From NCBI GenBank assembly GCA_963666285.1, contig OY762711.1: 64,000 nt of DNA. One strand, 5' to 3'. The position numbers and the translations under genes were made by a program. Source of the stretch: Sedimentisphaerales bacterium. Lineage in GTDB: Bacteria > Planctomycetota > Phycisphaerae > Sedimentisphaerales > SM23-30. Shown here one piece after another: positions 1 through 10,150 of the stretch. The notes under the pieces are model-generated. The model worked only from the letters and a program-made list of their open reading frames with translations, was not told the origin of the DNA and did not search any database. Position 1 is the first letter of the stretch, and the number at the start of each line of letters is the position of its first letter.

Positions 1-20
1 TGTACCCTTTTGTTGGCCAA
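1..20 (-). CDS. infB: Probable 5' tip of translation initiation factor IF-2 (runs off the window)
   Basis: Minus strand reads caggag-N8-TTG GCC AAC AAA AGG GTA CA (MANKRV..), matching the IF-2 N-terminal 'KxRVHELAK' pattern. It lies directly downstream of nusA, the conserved nusA-infB order. Only 6 codons are visible. Confidence 0.55.
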
Positions 21-177
21 TCAACTACTCCTGAGACTCTCACTGATAATTCCGCGTGCCTAATATACCCCACAAAATTCAGCGTGAAACTATATTCTAT
101 TTTCAGTTATTATATAAATATTTTAATTATAAAAAACGGTTAAACCGCAATAAAAAAGAGGGCCTGCAACAAGCAGG

Positions 178-1374
178 TTACTTTTTATTTTCCATATCCT
201 TCTGGATAGCTGCCTGGGCGGCAGTAGTACCATCGGTTTTTGAAGCTTCTTCGGCAGCAATACGTATAACTTCCAGAGCCAAAGCTTCAGCAATCCCCAA
301 AGTCTGTATCAAAGGTGCCGGACCAATTTCTTCAAGGTCAAGAACGGAAACAATACCCAGAGCCAGAATTTTATCAATCAATGTATCGTCAACACCTTCA
401 ACAGTACGTAAGGTGCGAACGAGATTTTCCATATTATTACGATATTCAGTAGGAGTCAGAATATCTATGTCCCAGTCTGTAAGCCTGGCAGCCAGCCTGA
501 CATTCTGACCTCGTTTACCGATAGCCAAAGAAAGCTGGTCATCGGAAACAACAACAGTAGCACGGTTAAGCTCAAAGCAAAGAGCTATCTCCTGGCTGTC
601 AGCAGGCTTAAGAGCGTTACCAATAAAAATAGAGGAAGATTCATTCCAGCGAACGATATCGATTTTTTCACCGTTGAGCTCTTCAACAATATTTTTTATA
701 CGACTGCCGCGAACACCAACACAGGCGCCAACAGCATCAATTTTGCTATCAGCAGAAACGACGGCAACTTTAGTACGATAACCGGCTTCGCGAGCCAAAG
801 CTTTGAGCAATACAGTATGCTCAACGACTTCAGGCACTTCCTGTTCGAAAAGTCTGAGAATAAAGTCCGGATGAGTTCGGCTGAGAATAATCTTGATTTG
901 CCCCGGAGCTTCTTTCACTTCGTAAATAATAGCTCTAACCCGTTCACCAACACGGTGGGTTTCGCCAGGAATCTGCTCACTCTTAGGCAGCAAAGCCTCA
1001 GCTCTTCCAAGATTAACAATAGCGACATTGCCTTCGGAACGGGTAACAGCTCCACTAACAATGTCACCTACTTTTTCCTGGTACTCGGAAAAGATACTAC
1101 CTCGCTCATCTTCCCTGAGTCGCTGGATCATAACCTGCTTAACGGTCTGAGCAGGAATACGACCGAGTTTCTTAATATTCAGCGGCTCGCCATCACGAAA
1201 AGCAAGAATCTCACCTGTATAGCGGTCTATCTGTACGACGAATTCTTCGTCTGTACCAAAGTGCTTTCGCACGCCAGATACCATAGCCGCTTCTATATCA
1301 CTGAAGATGCTCTCACGATCGATATTTTTCTCACGTGATATCATCTCAATTTGTTTTAATAACTCCTGGTTCAT
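178..1374 (-). CDS. nusA: Transcription termination/antitermination factor NusA
   Basis: LGRIPAQTVKQV, S1 domain, AREAGYRTKVAV, DAVGACVGVRGSRIKNI, LSLAIGKRGQNVRLAARLT KH motifs; SD caggac. Confidence 0.97.
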   Translation of the reverse strand: MNQELLKQIEMISREKNIDRESIFSDIEAAMVSGVRKHFGTDEEFVVQIDRYTGEILAFRDGEPLNIKKLGRIPAQTVKQVMIQRLREDERGSIFSEYQEKVGDIVSGAVTRSEGNVAIVNLGRAEALLPKSEQIPGETHRVGERVRAIIYEVKEAPGQIKIILSRTHPDFILRLFEQEVPEVVEHTVLLKALAREAGYRTKVAVVSADSKIDAVGACVGVRGSRIKNIVEELNGEKIDIVRWNESSSIFIGNALKPADSQEIALCFELNRATVVVSDDQLSLAIGKRGQNVRLAARLTDWDIDILTPTEYRNNMENLVRTLRTVEGVDDTLIDKILALGIVSVLDLEEIGPAPLIQTLGIAEALALEVIRIAAEEASKTDGTTAAQAAIQKDMENKK

Positions 1375-1477
1375 AATCTCTTGTCCTGATTTCTTGTTTA
1401 CCGCTACCTAAGAGCCTGTTAATTCGATTCAGTATAAGCTATTATTTAGCCACTGTATCTACTTCCTTCTTTATAAC

Positions 1478-1511
1478 AAAAAAAGCGGGCAAACTTTATA
1501 AGACCCACTTT
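1478..1511 (-). terminator. Terminator/attenuator in the nusA leader
   Basis: Minus strand aaagtggg-loop-cccgcttttttt, about 100 nt upstream of the nusA ATG. Confidence 0.65.
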
Positions 1512-1869
1512 GATTTCCACACATAAAACAACACTAATATTCGAAATCCTTTTCGACTTTGTATGGACAATACCTGATTGTACAGGTGGGTTTTACATAA
1601 ATCGCTCTCCTAAATGATAGCGATGGTTGTTTTTTGCATTATCAAACATAATCTTTTCATTCCTGCCCCGGCAAATATTGGGGCTTTTACTTCAATCGTA
1701 ATATAAAAGCAAAACTAATTTATATACGCAAAACCAGTATAATGCAATAAAAAACCTGTCAAAAAGCTTTTTTTCTAACATAATACCAATCGGTACAATC
1801 ACTGAAGTTTCTATAAAAATGCGTGGTATTTACCAAATACAGCCATTTAACCATAAAACGCATAAGTAT

Positions 1870-3387
1870 TTATTTTTTAGATATTAACGCATAATAGCCG
1901 CCATCGTGGCAACTATGGATATAACTGATAATATCCCGAGAGGCTTTTGAGGGCGATTCTGATTTAGAATTATTTTCACTATCCAGTTTTTTAGGAGGTT
2001 TGAGATACTTCACTTCCGGCATTATGGTGCATTCAGATATAAGCTCATACTCAGAATGGTCTTTTAGGAACGTATGTACAAGAGTCTGATTTTCAATAGG
2101 ATCGACACTGCACGTACTATAAACTATTTTACCACCTGGCTTTACAAGTGAACATGCTTTTTCGAGCAACTCGCCCTGTAAACTGGTATTACCATTTATG
2201 TCAGAAGGATTAAGCAAATGCCTGGCCTCAACCCGTCGAGCAAGAACTCCGGTATTACTACAAGGAACATCAACGATAGCGGCATCAAAAAGTGAATCCA
2301 GTTCTGAAAGTTTCTGCTCTAAAGCATCTACCCGACAGCACTCGATAATATCAAAACCTAATCTCTGATAGTTTTCTTCGATTTTTTCGATCTTTTTTCT
2401 TACAGTATCAACTGCCAAAATATAGCCTTCATTGTTCATTAAAGCGGCAATATGGGTGCTTTTACCTCCAGGAGCTGCGCATAAATCAAGAATTTTCTGT
2501 CCGGGTTTAGGATCCAGGGCTAAAACCGGATGTTGTGCCATCCAATCCTGAATGTAAAAATCTCCCTGCTCAAACCCATTGATCTTTGCCGGATTTGTTC
2601 TGCTGAGCAGCTCGACAGCCTGGGTGGTACTACCATTTTCTATTTTTATATCAGCAATACTAAAATTCAGTCCCTGTTCGATAAGCTCCTGCTTGATTTT
2701 ATCTACACTGGAGCGAACCGTATTGGGCCGGAGCCAAATACCAGGCTTACTGTTGGAAGCGATACATAAATCATAGGCTTTTTCGAAGCCAAAAGTCTTT
2801 ATCCATCGTTCTACCAACCATTTAGGGAAGGAGAAAGCAATAGAAAGGAACTTATCCGGAGAAGATTTTTTGTCAGGAAAAAGCATTTTATTGAAACGGC
2901 AGACAGTTTTTCCATCGATAAGGACATCGAACCTGGGTTTATACTCCCCAGCTGAAATATTACAGGTTATCTCTATTCCTCGTTGAATATTTCTCAGGAC
3001 ACCATTAACAAAACCAGCAGCCCCGGTGTATTTTGTCTCTCGTGCCTGGCCGACAGATTCATTTAAGCTGGCAAAATCCGGAGTTCTCATGTATACCAGC
3101 TGATAAAGGCCAACACGGAGAATTTGCAGAACAAGCGGATCAATCTGTTTAATGGGCCGGTTAGAAAATTTCATTATAATATGGTCAAGAGTGATCAAAT
3201 GCCGGCAGGTACCATTAACAAGTTCAGTAATAAACCTGCGGTCTTGCGGCGTCAGATCAGATGAGCCAAACTGCCGATCCAGATAATCCTGAAGGAGGGT
3301 TTTACCAAAAAGAAATGCATTTAACGCATTTACAGCTATATCTCTAGGTCGAGATACTTCCAGGTCTTTTATTTTACGTTTTGCCAT
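1870..3387 (-). CDS. rsmB: 16S rRNA m5C methyltransferase RsmB/Sun (NusB-like N-terminal domain)
   Basis: ILDLCAAPGGKSTH, DVPCSNTG, VYSTCS catalytic motifs; N-terminal NusB-like region (GFVNGVLR). Confidence 0.92.
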   Translation of the reverse strand: MAKRKIKDLEVSRPRDIAVNALNAFLFGKTLLQDYLDRQFGSSDLTPQDRRFITELVNGTCRHLITLDHIIMKFSNRPIKQIDPLVLQILRVGLYQLVYMRTPDFASLNESVGQARETKYTGAAGFVNGVLRNIQRGIEITCNISAGEYKPRFDVLIDGKTVCRFNKMLFPDKKSSPDKFLSIAFSFPKWLVERWIKTFGFEKAYDLCIASNSKPGIWLRPNTVRSSVDKIKQELIEQGLNFSIADIKIENGSTTQAVELLSRTNPAKINGFEQGDFYIQDWMAQHPVLALDPKPGQKILDLCAAPGGKSTHIAALMNNEGYILAVDTVRKKIEKIEENYQRLGFDIIECCRVDALEQKLSELDSLFDAAIVDVPCSNTGVLARRVEARHLLNPSDINGNTSLQGELLEKACSLVKPGGKIVYSTCSVDPIENQTLVHTFLKDHSEYELISECTIMPEVKYLKPPKKLDSENNSKSESPSKASRDIISYIHSCHDGGYYALISKK

Positions 3388-3470
3388 AACAGGCCATTGT
3401 AACCTAGAATTGGAAATATAGCAACAATCTCAAAAATATAGAAATATTAATATGTGAGCCAGAAAACCTC

Positions 3471-4019
3471 TTATTTGCTTAACTCGGCAACAAAAGGCAG
3501 CTCTCGATACTTCTGATCATAATCCAGACCATATCCAACAATAAACGCATCGTGGATCTTCATGCCAATATAGTCAATTTTTACCTGCTTCTCATGCCCA
3601 CGCTGTTTATCAAACATAACAGCAACCTTAACACGTTTGGGACAAAAGCTGGTAATCTTGAAAATCAGGGTTGCCAGTGTCGTACCGGTATCATAAACAT
3701 CATCAAGAATCAGAACATCTTTGCCGAGCAGGTCAAGATTGAGTAAACCGTCGAACTTTACCACACCACTAGAGCTAGTAGAACCATAATAACTGGCGGC
3801 TTTGATCTCTACCGACTCAAACTTTGGATCATTCAATTCAGCCAGTAAATCCCTGGAAAACGGTCGAGCACCTTCAAGAACAGTAATAACAGTAACATTA
3901 TTACTTTCGGCATAGAAGGATTTTATCTGTTCAGCAAGAAATTTGACTGCATTTTGAATTTCATCCGGGCTGACCAGCTCGTTAAATTGCATTCCATCAA
4001 TGTTGTGTATTTTAGGCAT
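3471..4019 (-). CDS. hpt: Hypoxanthine phosphoribosyltransferase
   Basis: SYYGSTSSSG, PRPP loop VLILDDVYDTGTTL, FIVGYGLDYDQKYRELP. Confidence 0.92.
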   Translation of the reverse strand: MPKIHNIDGMQFNELVSPDEIQNAVKFLAEQIKSFYAESNNVTVITVLEGARPFSRDLLAELNDPKFESVEIKAASYYGSTSSSGVVKFDGLLNLDLLGKDVLILDDVYDTGTTLATLIFKITSFCPKRVKVAVMFDKQRGHEKQVKIDYIGMKIHDAFIVGYGLDYDQKYRELPFVAELSK

Positions 4020-4107
4020 ATTCCGGTTCGAGACCTCTGGCTGTCATATATCAATAAAGTGGATATACTAACAGAAACACAAGATATTTCAAGGAAAAGG
4101 AAGAACG

Positions 4108-4316
4108 GTTTATGCTTCGCATCATATACATGGCGCACTTTTGACTGTTCAACATTACACGCAAAGGCCAGAACAGGGCCAATTAAGTGAAAAATGAATA
4201 ATGAAAAGTGATAAATTAAGGTGTTCGACTTTCGTCTCACTTTTTGTTTAAATTTAAAGCGTTGCAGGAAGGCCCTTTTAGGCGATTTTTGCAACTTAAA
4301 AACTGCGAAAGTAAAC
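4108..4316 (+). repeat. Dispersed structured element, copy 1
   Basis: Shares long near-identical blocks with 36402-36574 and 54424-54640; imperfect terminal inverted repeat gtttatgcttcgca / tgcgaaagtaaac. Confidence 0.9.
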
Positions 4317-4331
4317 AGGAATAATCAAAAG

Positions 4332-4369
4332 AAAAAGGCATCTGAGCAGGAAATGCCTTAGATGCCTTT
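4332..4369 (-). terminator. Intrinsic terminator after the multiheme cytochrome gene
   Basis: aaaggcatctgag ... cttagatgccttt stem with a minus-strand U-tract. Confidence 0.7.
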
Positions 4370-4392
4370 CAATATTTCACATAATTAGTCAT

Positions 4393-5826
4393 TTAGTCCC
4401 AATACTTCCGCCCTTCATAGTCCCAATGCTTGATCTTTTCGAAGTATTCTTCCCGCTTATCCTGAAATTCCGGGCTGTGATAGTCATTATGGCATTGTTC
4501 GCAAGGAGTATACGGCTGCTTGGAATAAGATTCATTCGGATATTCATTATGAATCATTCCGGGGCCATGACACATTTCGCAACCAACCGCAGCCAGCTCC
4601 GGTGTCTCTTCCTGTGATTTATACCCGCTTTCATACCTCAACCCAACAGTATGACATTCCATACATTCAGGATCGAAGTTTCGATTAACTTTTTCCAGGG
4701 TTGGTACAGCCTGGGAATGTCGCAGGGTTGACCATTTTTCATATACTTTAGGATGGCAATCCGGAGCTCCGCAACTGGCACTACCGGCAAACATATTGTT
4801 GTCCTCTAAAGGCATCCGTTCATTATTTTCGGAAATAAGATTTTCCACCATCAGCCGCAACTGATATTCATCCATCAACTTAACAACGTTCTTATCTAAA
4901 TTGAAGGAAGAGTGAATCGGGATACCATCAAGTTTGAGGTTACCAGGAGAAACCGGCTTATCAGCCGCCATTGAAAACCTGGTAAGATATTTGCTTAGCG
5001 AACCGGTATCACAAGCAAACATTGTCTTTGTTGTAAATCTCTTCTGCGGCTCATCACCAAATCCACGGCAGACAAACAAGTCAATCTCTTTGACAGCCTG
5101 TACCGCTTCGACCAGTTTATCGTTTTCAGTCTGGCTCAACAAGATGACAATTGCATTTTTCTGGTCTTTTAGCTTTAGTTTTTTTATGAGATCTTTAACA
5201 GCAACAACCGGCTCAATAAGCTTCATCTCTTTGCCAGCATCAGTGTCATAGCCTTCGGCAATACCAAAAACATAAGCTTTACGGGTCTTACCTTTATATT
5301 TTAGTTCTTTGACAAAATATTGAACTCCCCCAAAGCCGGCTAGTTCATCTTCGGGCATATTGCTACAGATTACCGGAGGTCGCAAAGAGGCATCAAGGTC
5401 AACCGTATGACTATGAAGCAAATTAAGTTCGGCTGCGGTCATACAGACAGCATCATAGCCCACAGTTTTCATTGCCTGGAGAAAGGTATCAAACTTAAGC
5501 TGATTCTGGCGGTCTAACTTTTCGATCAGAGGGCCGGTCTCCAGTATAAGTCGACTTTGCTCATCCGGGGCAACAATACCGATAGTTTCGGTGCGTCTGT
5601 CAAGACCACCGAGCTGCTTTTCGGTACAACCACATGGTTCTATCTGGCCTTTCCAGTTACCACTAAGCAATATCGAATAGCCATCGAAAGGTTTAGCATC
5701 GGTCTGCTCAGGTCCATCGGAATCTTTAGTAACCCCGGCACCTGACAGAATTAACGCACTAATTAAAACAAGGCCGACATATAATGCCGGCCATGATTTT
5801 TTGATGATATTAGTCATAAAGCCCAT
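4393..5826 (-). CDS. Exported multiheme c-type cytochrome (c554-like C-terminus) fused to a degenerate 5'-nucleotidase/metallophosphatase-like domain
   Basis: N-terminal TM segment; GQIEPCGC..QLGGLDRR; heme motifs CGAPDCH, CMECH, CEMCH, CEQCH. Confidence 0.8.
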   Translation of the reverse strand: MGFMTNIIKKSWPALYVGLVLISALILSGAGVTKDSDGPEQTDAKPFDGYSILLSGNWKGQIEPCGCTEKQLGGLDRRTETIGIVAPDEQSRLILETGPLIEKLDRQNQLKFDTFLQAMKTVGYDAVCMTAAELNLLHSHTVDLDASLRPPVICSNMPEDELAGFGGVQYFVKELKYKGKTRKAYVFGIAEGYDTDAGKEMKLIEPVVAVKDLIKKLKLKDQKNAIVILLSQTENDKLVEAVQAVKEIDLFVCRGFGDEPQKRFTTKTMFACDTGSLSKYLTRFSMAADKPVSPGNLKLDGIPIHSSFNLDKNVVKLMDEYQLRLMVENLISENNERMPLEDNNMFAGSASCGAPDCHPKVYEKWSTLRHSQAVPTLEKVNRNFDPECMECHTVGLRYESGYKSQEETPELAAVGCEMCHGPGMIHNEYPNESYSKQPYTPCEQCHNDYHSPEFQDKREEYFEKIKHWDYEGRKYWD

Positions 5827-5859
5827 CCCAAAGAAGGCAAAATTAATATAGCTGGTACA

Positions 5860-7002
5860 TTAACGAATCATGCCATAACAGTGAACTTCAAGAACTTCAT
5901 CGTGTCCGGCTATAGGAATAAGCAAATAATCGCTCACATAACGTTTGGTATCTTCTATCTGGTTAACTTTGTCCATATCCAAAACAGCGTGGACTTCATA
6001 TCCATCAATACTAGGCTTTGTATCCAAGACTTTCAAATACCCCTGTTTGCTAGTAATCTCACCTAACTCAAAATCTTCTTTAAAGTTTGAGACAACTTTA
6101 ATCCTGGCATGCCTACCGGATTCTGTAGCCGGGACGAGCCTCTTTGTTTTCGGATAAGCGGCAAAAGGCAACTTGGTATTATACCTAACAACAAGCCTGT
6201 TTACCTTTGGGTGATCCGTCTTTATTGTAAGCAACCCAGATGGTGCTTCACCCAGTTTTTCCAGATCAACGTCAACTACCAGCTTGTGCATCTTGGCTTT
6301 AACACTGGTATCAAGCTTGTCATTATCAAGATGTTTAAGAGTAACAGCATCTTTATTGCTTAAGATGCCAGTAATTTTGAACTCCGACCCATCAGTGCTA
6401 TTCACTATGATAGTCTGATTATTATCATAGTCAGGATTTAGCCCAAAATTCAAAGCGGCAGGAGTAACTTCCAGCACCTGAATGATATCCGCCTGGAAGG
6501 TAAGAGTCATAGTTGAAGGTTTAGCAGGACTTTTTAACGCAATATTAATCTTTTTCTGAACCTTACCGTGAGAGGTCCCAACGTTGAAGGTAAATTCCAG
6601 ATCAGCAGTTTCGCCGGGAGCTAATACTTTCCCATTCAAATTTCCCGGAGTAGTACACCGACAAGGAGCAGTGACCCTGGCAATCTCAAGGTTTTCGTCA
6701 CCCTCATTTTTAAGAACAAATTTGCCTTTCTTCAATCCGCCGGGTTCAATCCTGCCAAAATCATACAATTTTGTATCAACAGTCAAAATCCCGCCGCCCA
6801 GTGCCGACTTGTCATTAGTCTGCTTATCAGAATCCTGCTTTGCCTGCTCCTTAACCTCGATCTTTTCAACTTCCTGCGTTTTAGCTTTATCTGCAGATGT
6901 GTCAGCAGTTGAACTCTTGTCCGTTTCCGGTGAGCCGCATCCAGCAACAAAACCCAGAGCCAAAACCAAAACAAACAGATTTTTTCTGATAAACAATACC
7001 AT
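5860..7002 (-). CDS. DUF1573-domain lipoprotein
   Basis: Lipobox FVAGC; YDFGRI...F.LKN.G...L.I..V.APCRCT...LAPGET pattern. Confidence 0.75.
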   Translation of the reverse strand: MVLFIRKNLFVLVLALGFVAGCGSPETDKSSTADTSADKAKTQEVEKIEVKEQAKQDSDKQTNDKSALGGGILTVDTKLYDFGRIEPGGLKKGKFVLKNEGDENLEIARVTAPCRCTTPGNLNGKVLAPGETADLEFTFNVGTSHGKVQKKINIALKSPAKPSTMTLTFQADIIQVLEVTPAALNFGLNPDYDNNQTIIVNSTDGSEFKITGILSNKDAVTLKHLDNDKLDTSVKAKMHKLVVDVDLEKLGEAPSGLLTIKTDHPKVNRLVVRYNTKLPFAAYPKTKRLVPATESGRHARIKVVSNFKEDFELGEITSKQGYLKVLDTKPSIDGYEVHAVLDMDKVNQIEDTKRYVSDYLLIPIAGHDEVLEVHCYGMIR

Positions 7003-7482
7003 ATAGAAACTCTCCTGTAAAATTATCCAGTAAAACTGGGGACTTCTAAGTATATTAATAGTAATTATACGGCAAAATAAATATAACTGTTCAATAAAAA
7101 AAACAGCGTCTTATGCCTATCTTACCGTAACAGACCTAATATCTTACTTGTTTTAACTTGCTTGTTCAATACCAATGAATAAATATACCACTAAAACGAC
7201 ATAAGTGATTTAACTGCAAGCCATTACATTAAACAAACATATAAGTTCATGGTAGAAAAACTTATATATAATAATTCATAAAGGTATATCGGCCTTAAAT
7301 TAACACAAATACATTACAAAATTCCAACAAAGATGACAACAAAGGCTAATAAAGCCTATAATCTAATATAAATTGAAATGCTTCCAATAAATTCCAAAAG
7401 TATTTTTCTGGAATTCCTACTAGTGCAAAGGCTATACTATCAAAATTTCAAAATTACATAACACAGGGAAAAGAAAGAATAT

Positions 7483-7956
7483 ATGTCACCCGAGAAAGAA
7501 ACATTTGAAAATGGAATTTTGATTGTTACCGGCTCAAACCTCCATGCAGAGCAAACGGACCGCCCAATTGCGTATCTTTTGGCTAATGCAATTCAGGACC
7601 GGCTGAAAGCAATAGGCAGCAGCTCAAAAGTAACGGTTATCAGTGATTTATGGTATCTGAACAGTGAACCGCTGAAAGAATTGCCAACAATATCTATTGG
7701 CGCTCCTAATATCAATGCCGTTACAGCGTTTTTCAGCAGGAGATTGGACAATATTCTTTCAATAGATAACACTTTAACAATTCAAATGGATATCTCCTGT
7801 AATGATTTACGAGTAGCGATCTGGGGTTCCTGCACCAAAAATACTCAAGAAGCAATCATCTTATTTAACGAAAAAGGCTATTTAAACCAATTTGTCGAAG
7901 CAGCTTTCATGTGGTACTCTCACCCCCAAACGGGCAATATCCACAATAAGCATTAA
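7483..7956 (+). CDS. Hypothetical protein
   Basis: 157-aa ORF filling an intergenic gap, with globular alpha/beta-like composition and a purine-rich upstream sequence. Confidence 0.7.
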   Translation: MSPEKETFENGILIVTGSNLHAEQTDRPIAYLLANAIQDRLKAIGSSSKVTVISDLWYLNSEPLKELPTISIGAPNINAVTAFFSRRLDNILSIDNTLTIQMDISCNDLRVAIWGSCTKNTQEAIILFNEKGYLNQFVEAAFMWYSHPQTGNIHNKH

Positions 7957-8030
7957 GGGCACCTCAAAAAAATCTTTTTCAGCGAAAGATGGATCTTTGG
8001 CAACGAAAGCAATTTCTAGAAGTACCGTTA
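7954..8030. repeat. Degenerate MITE-like element, copy A
   Basis: Imperfect TIR taagggcacctcaaaaaa / tttctagaagtaccgtta (13/18); similar to 10711-10790. Confidence 0.45.
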
Positions 8031-8038
8031 ATTAAAAC

Positions 8039-8074
8039 AAAAAAAGCCACCTGACATATCAACAGGCGGCTTTT
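8039..8074. terminator. Bidirectional intrinsic terminator (flagellin / 7483 ORF)
   Basis: aaaagccacctg ... caggcggctttt between convergent genes. Confidence 0.75.
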
Positions 8075-8093
8075 AGGATTAGTAATTAAGGTT

Positions 8094-9560
8094 CTATCCG
8101 AGAAGCTGCAATACACTTTGCGGGGCAACATTAGCCTGGGCAAGTACATTGGTTGCAGAAGACACCAGAATCTGAGCTCTAGTCAAAGCTGATGTTTCAG
8201 TGGCAAAGTCGGTATCTCTAATAGCAGATTCCGCAGCCGTCAGGTTTTCCCTGGTAACAGTTAATGAGTTAATCGTTTTATCTAACGTATTTTTCTGGAA
8301 AGAACCGAGCCTGCCGCGAAGTCCAGAAATATCATCTATCGAAGCATCTATAATTCTTTGAGCCGTATAAAGATTGGTCGAAGACAAAGAGTTTGCTCCG
8401 CCGGTTTTCAGGGTATTAAGCTTGCCATCATCAAAATTACCAAGCGAAGCTGTACTGATACTCCTGATACCAACAGCTTCCAGCCCAACAGCATCGACCT
8501 TGGAACCAATAGCAAAATCAGCCCCCCCGGCAGTTACACTAAAGCTACTGGAGCTAGTAGCCTGAGCATGCTTGTCGGTGAGAACAAGCGACAAATCAAG
8601 CATGGCAGTTTTTATGGACAGTTCTTTGCCTGAAGCCACTGCCTGGGTACCATTTATTGTAGCAACAGCATCAATACCATAGTCTTTTACACTAGGCAGC
8701 TCGCCACCGGTTATTGCACCAGTAGTAGCATCAGAGCCCAAAATTTTAGTATTGTTTGATCCAGAGCTTAATTGTTCGACGCTGACGTAGGCGTCAGCAC
8801 CAAAATCAACAGAGTTTAACTTTGCAACCTGACCACTGACAGTTGCAGATACGCCGGTTACTTCCATAACAGAATTTATACTTGCTGTAATGCCGCTAAC
8901 TAAAGTACCACTGGCAAAGGTCAGTTCCGTACTGCCGCGATTAGAGCCAATCTTTATGCTAATAGATCCACCGGCAACTGCACCAGATAAATAAGCTTTA
9001 CCACTCTGTGAGGAAGTAATAACATTTATATCAACAGTCATAGCGGCACCATCAATCAATTTTGCCCCGTTTACTTTCAGATCAACAATTTGACTTGCAA
9101 AAGTAACCGTAGAAGAACCGCTGACAGTATAATCGAAGTTTCCGTTAAGAAGCTTTAACCCCTCAAACTCAGTGGAATTTGAAATTCGGTCAATTGTGTT
9201 CAGAATTGAATCAGCTTGAAGCTGATTAGCAGTAATTTCTTCTTCGCTCATACCACCGGTATTGGCAGATTCCAGAACGAGCTGCTGCAGTTCAATTAAC
9301 ATACCGCTCACTTCATCCAACGCACCTTCAGCAGTTCCAATAATATTGATAGCACGTTCCGCATTCTTTAAGGCAGACTCAGTACCGGCTATCTGCTTTC
9401 TTAAATTTTCAGATGCAATCAAACCAGCCGGATCATCAGCCCCACGATTGATTTTAATACCTGTACTCAGGCGTTCAAGGGAGACATTCAACTGATCATT
9501 ATTGTTGTTGAGAATTCTGGTACTGATCAGTGCCGTGACGTTAGTGTTAATTCTGCTCAT
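8094..9560 (-). CDS. fliC: Flagellin
   Basis: MSRINTNV..LERLSTG.KINRGADDPAGL N-terminus; NLTAAESAIRDTDFA.E...L.QAN..PQSVLQLL C-terminus. Confidence 0.96.
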   Translation of the reverse strand: MSRINTNVTALISTRILNNNNDQLNVSLERLSTGIKINRGADDPAGLIASENLRKQIAGTESALKNAERAINIIGTAEGALDEVSGMLIELQQLVLESANTGGMSEEEITANQLQADSILNTIDRISNSTEFEGLKLLNGNFDYTVSGSSTVTFASQIVDLKVNGAKLIDGAAMTVDINVITSSQSGKAYLSGAVAGGSISIKIGSNRGSTELTFASGTLVSGITASINSVMEVTGVSATVSGQVAKLNSVDFGADAYVSVEQLSSGSNNTKILGSDATTGAITGGELPSVKDYGIDAVATINGTQAVASGKELSIKTAMLDLSLVLTDKHAQATSSSSFSVTAGGADFAIGSKVDAVGLEAVGIRSISTASLGNFDDGKLNTLKTGGANSLSSTNLYTAQRIIDASIDDISGLRGRLGSFQKNTLDKTINSLTVTRENLTAAESAIRDTDFATETSALTRAQILVSSATNVLAQANVAPQSVLQLLG

Positions 9561-10121
9561 AACAAATTACCTCCATCCACAATGGAGGGTTATGATGTTT
9601 CGTTGTCAAAATGACATATGTATAACCGGTTCTGCATCCGTTACACAAAAGAAACCTCATTACCCGGGGTGTTCAAATTTTCACTTGAAGAATATTATGC
9701 TAACAACTTCTCACAAATTGCACAACTTGAGCAATCCTCAAATGAACCAAATTAAATTTATGTATGACTTAAGCGGTTCTGCAGCCGCAACGCCATACCT
9801 GGCCTTACCCAAACTCTAATTTCCAAAATGTCGAAATATTCAATTGCGACACACAGCCAATCGACATGTATTTATTTTTTTCTTCACTTTATACATAAAT
9901 ATTTTCTTATTGGACTTTAATATATTTATCGGGCTAATCTGCGATAACGAGCGTAAATACCGATAACCAAATACAGCATGTAAGCCTCTAATTTTCAGTG
10001 CATTAGATTAACCCAACCAATTATTTTCAGTTATCAGACAATAGAATTGAGCGAACACAATTTTGATAAACTTTAATAGAAAAACTTATATACTCACATT
10101 AATTATTATAAACTTCCCAAC

Positions 10122-10150
10122 TTGACTTACCCTGTTTTAAATGCGACAAT
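10122..10150 (+). promoter_or_regulatory. Sigma70-type promoter
   Basis: TTGACT-17 nt-GACAAT with an extended -10 TG. Confidence 0.55.

Noticed and set aside
3923..4294. ORFs starting MQKSPKRAFLQRF here and at 36205-36552, looking like paralogs
   Set aside because: The identity comes from the non-coding repeat. The frames diverge after 13 codons, the starts are TTG/GTG, and the corresponding segment is altered in copy 3.
9920..9970. Sigma28 promoter for flagellin (cccgataa on minus strand)
   Set aside because: Only the -10 resembles consensus; no TAAA at the right spacing
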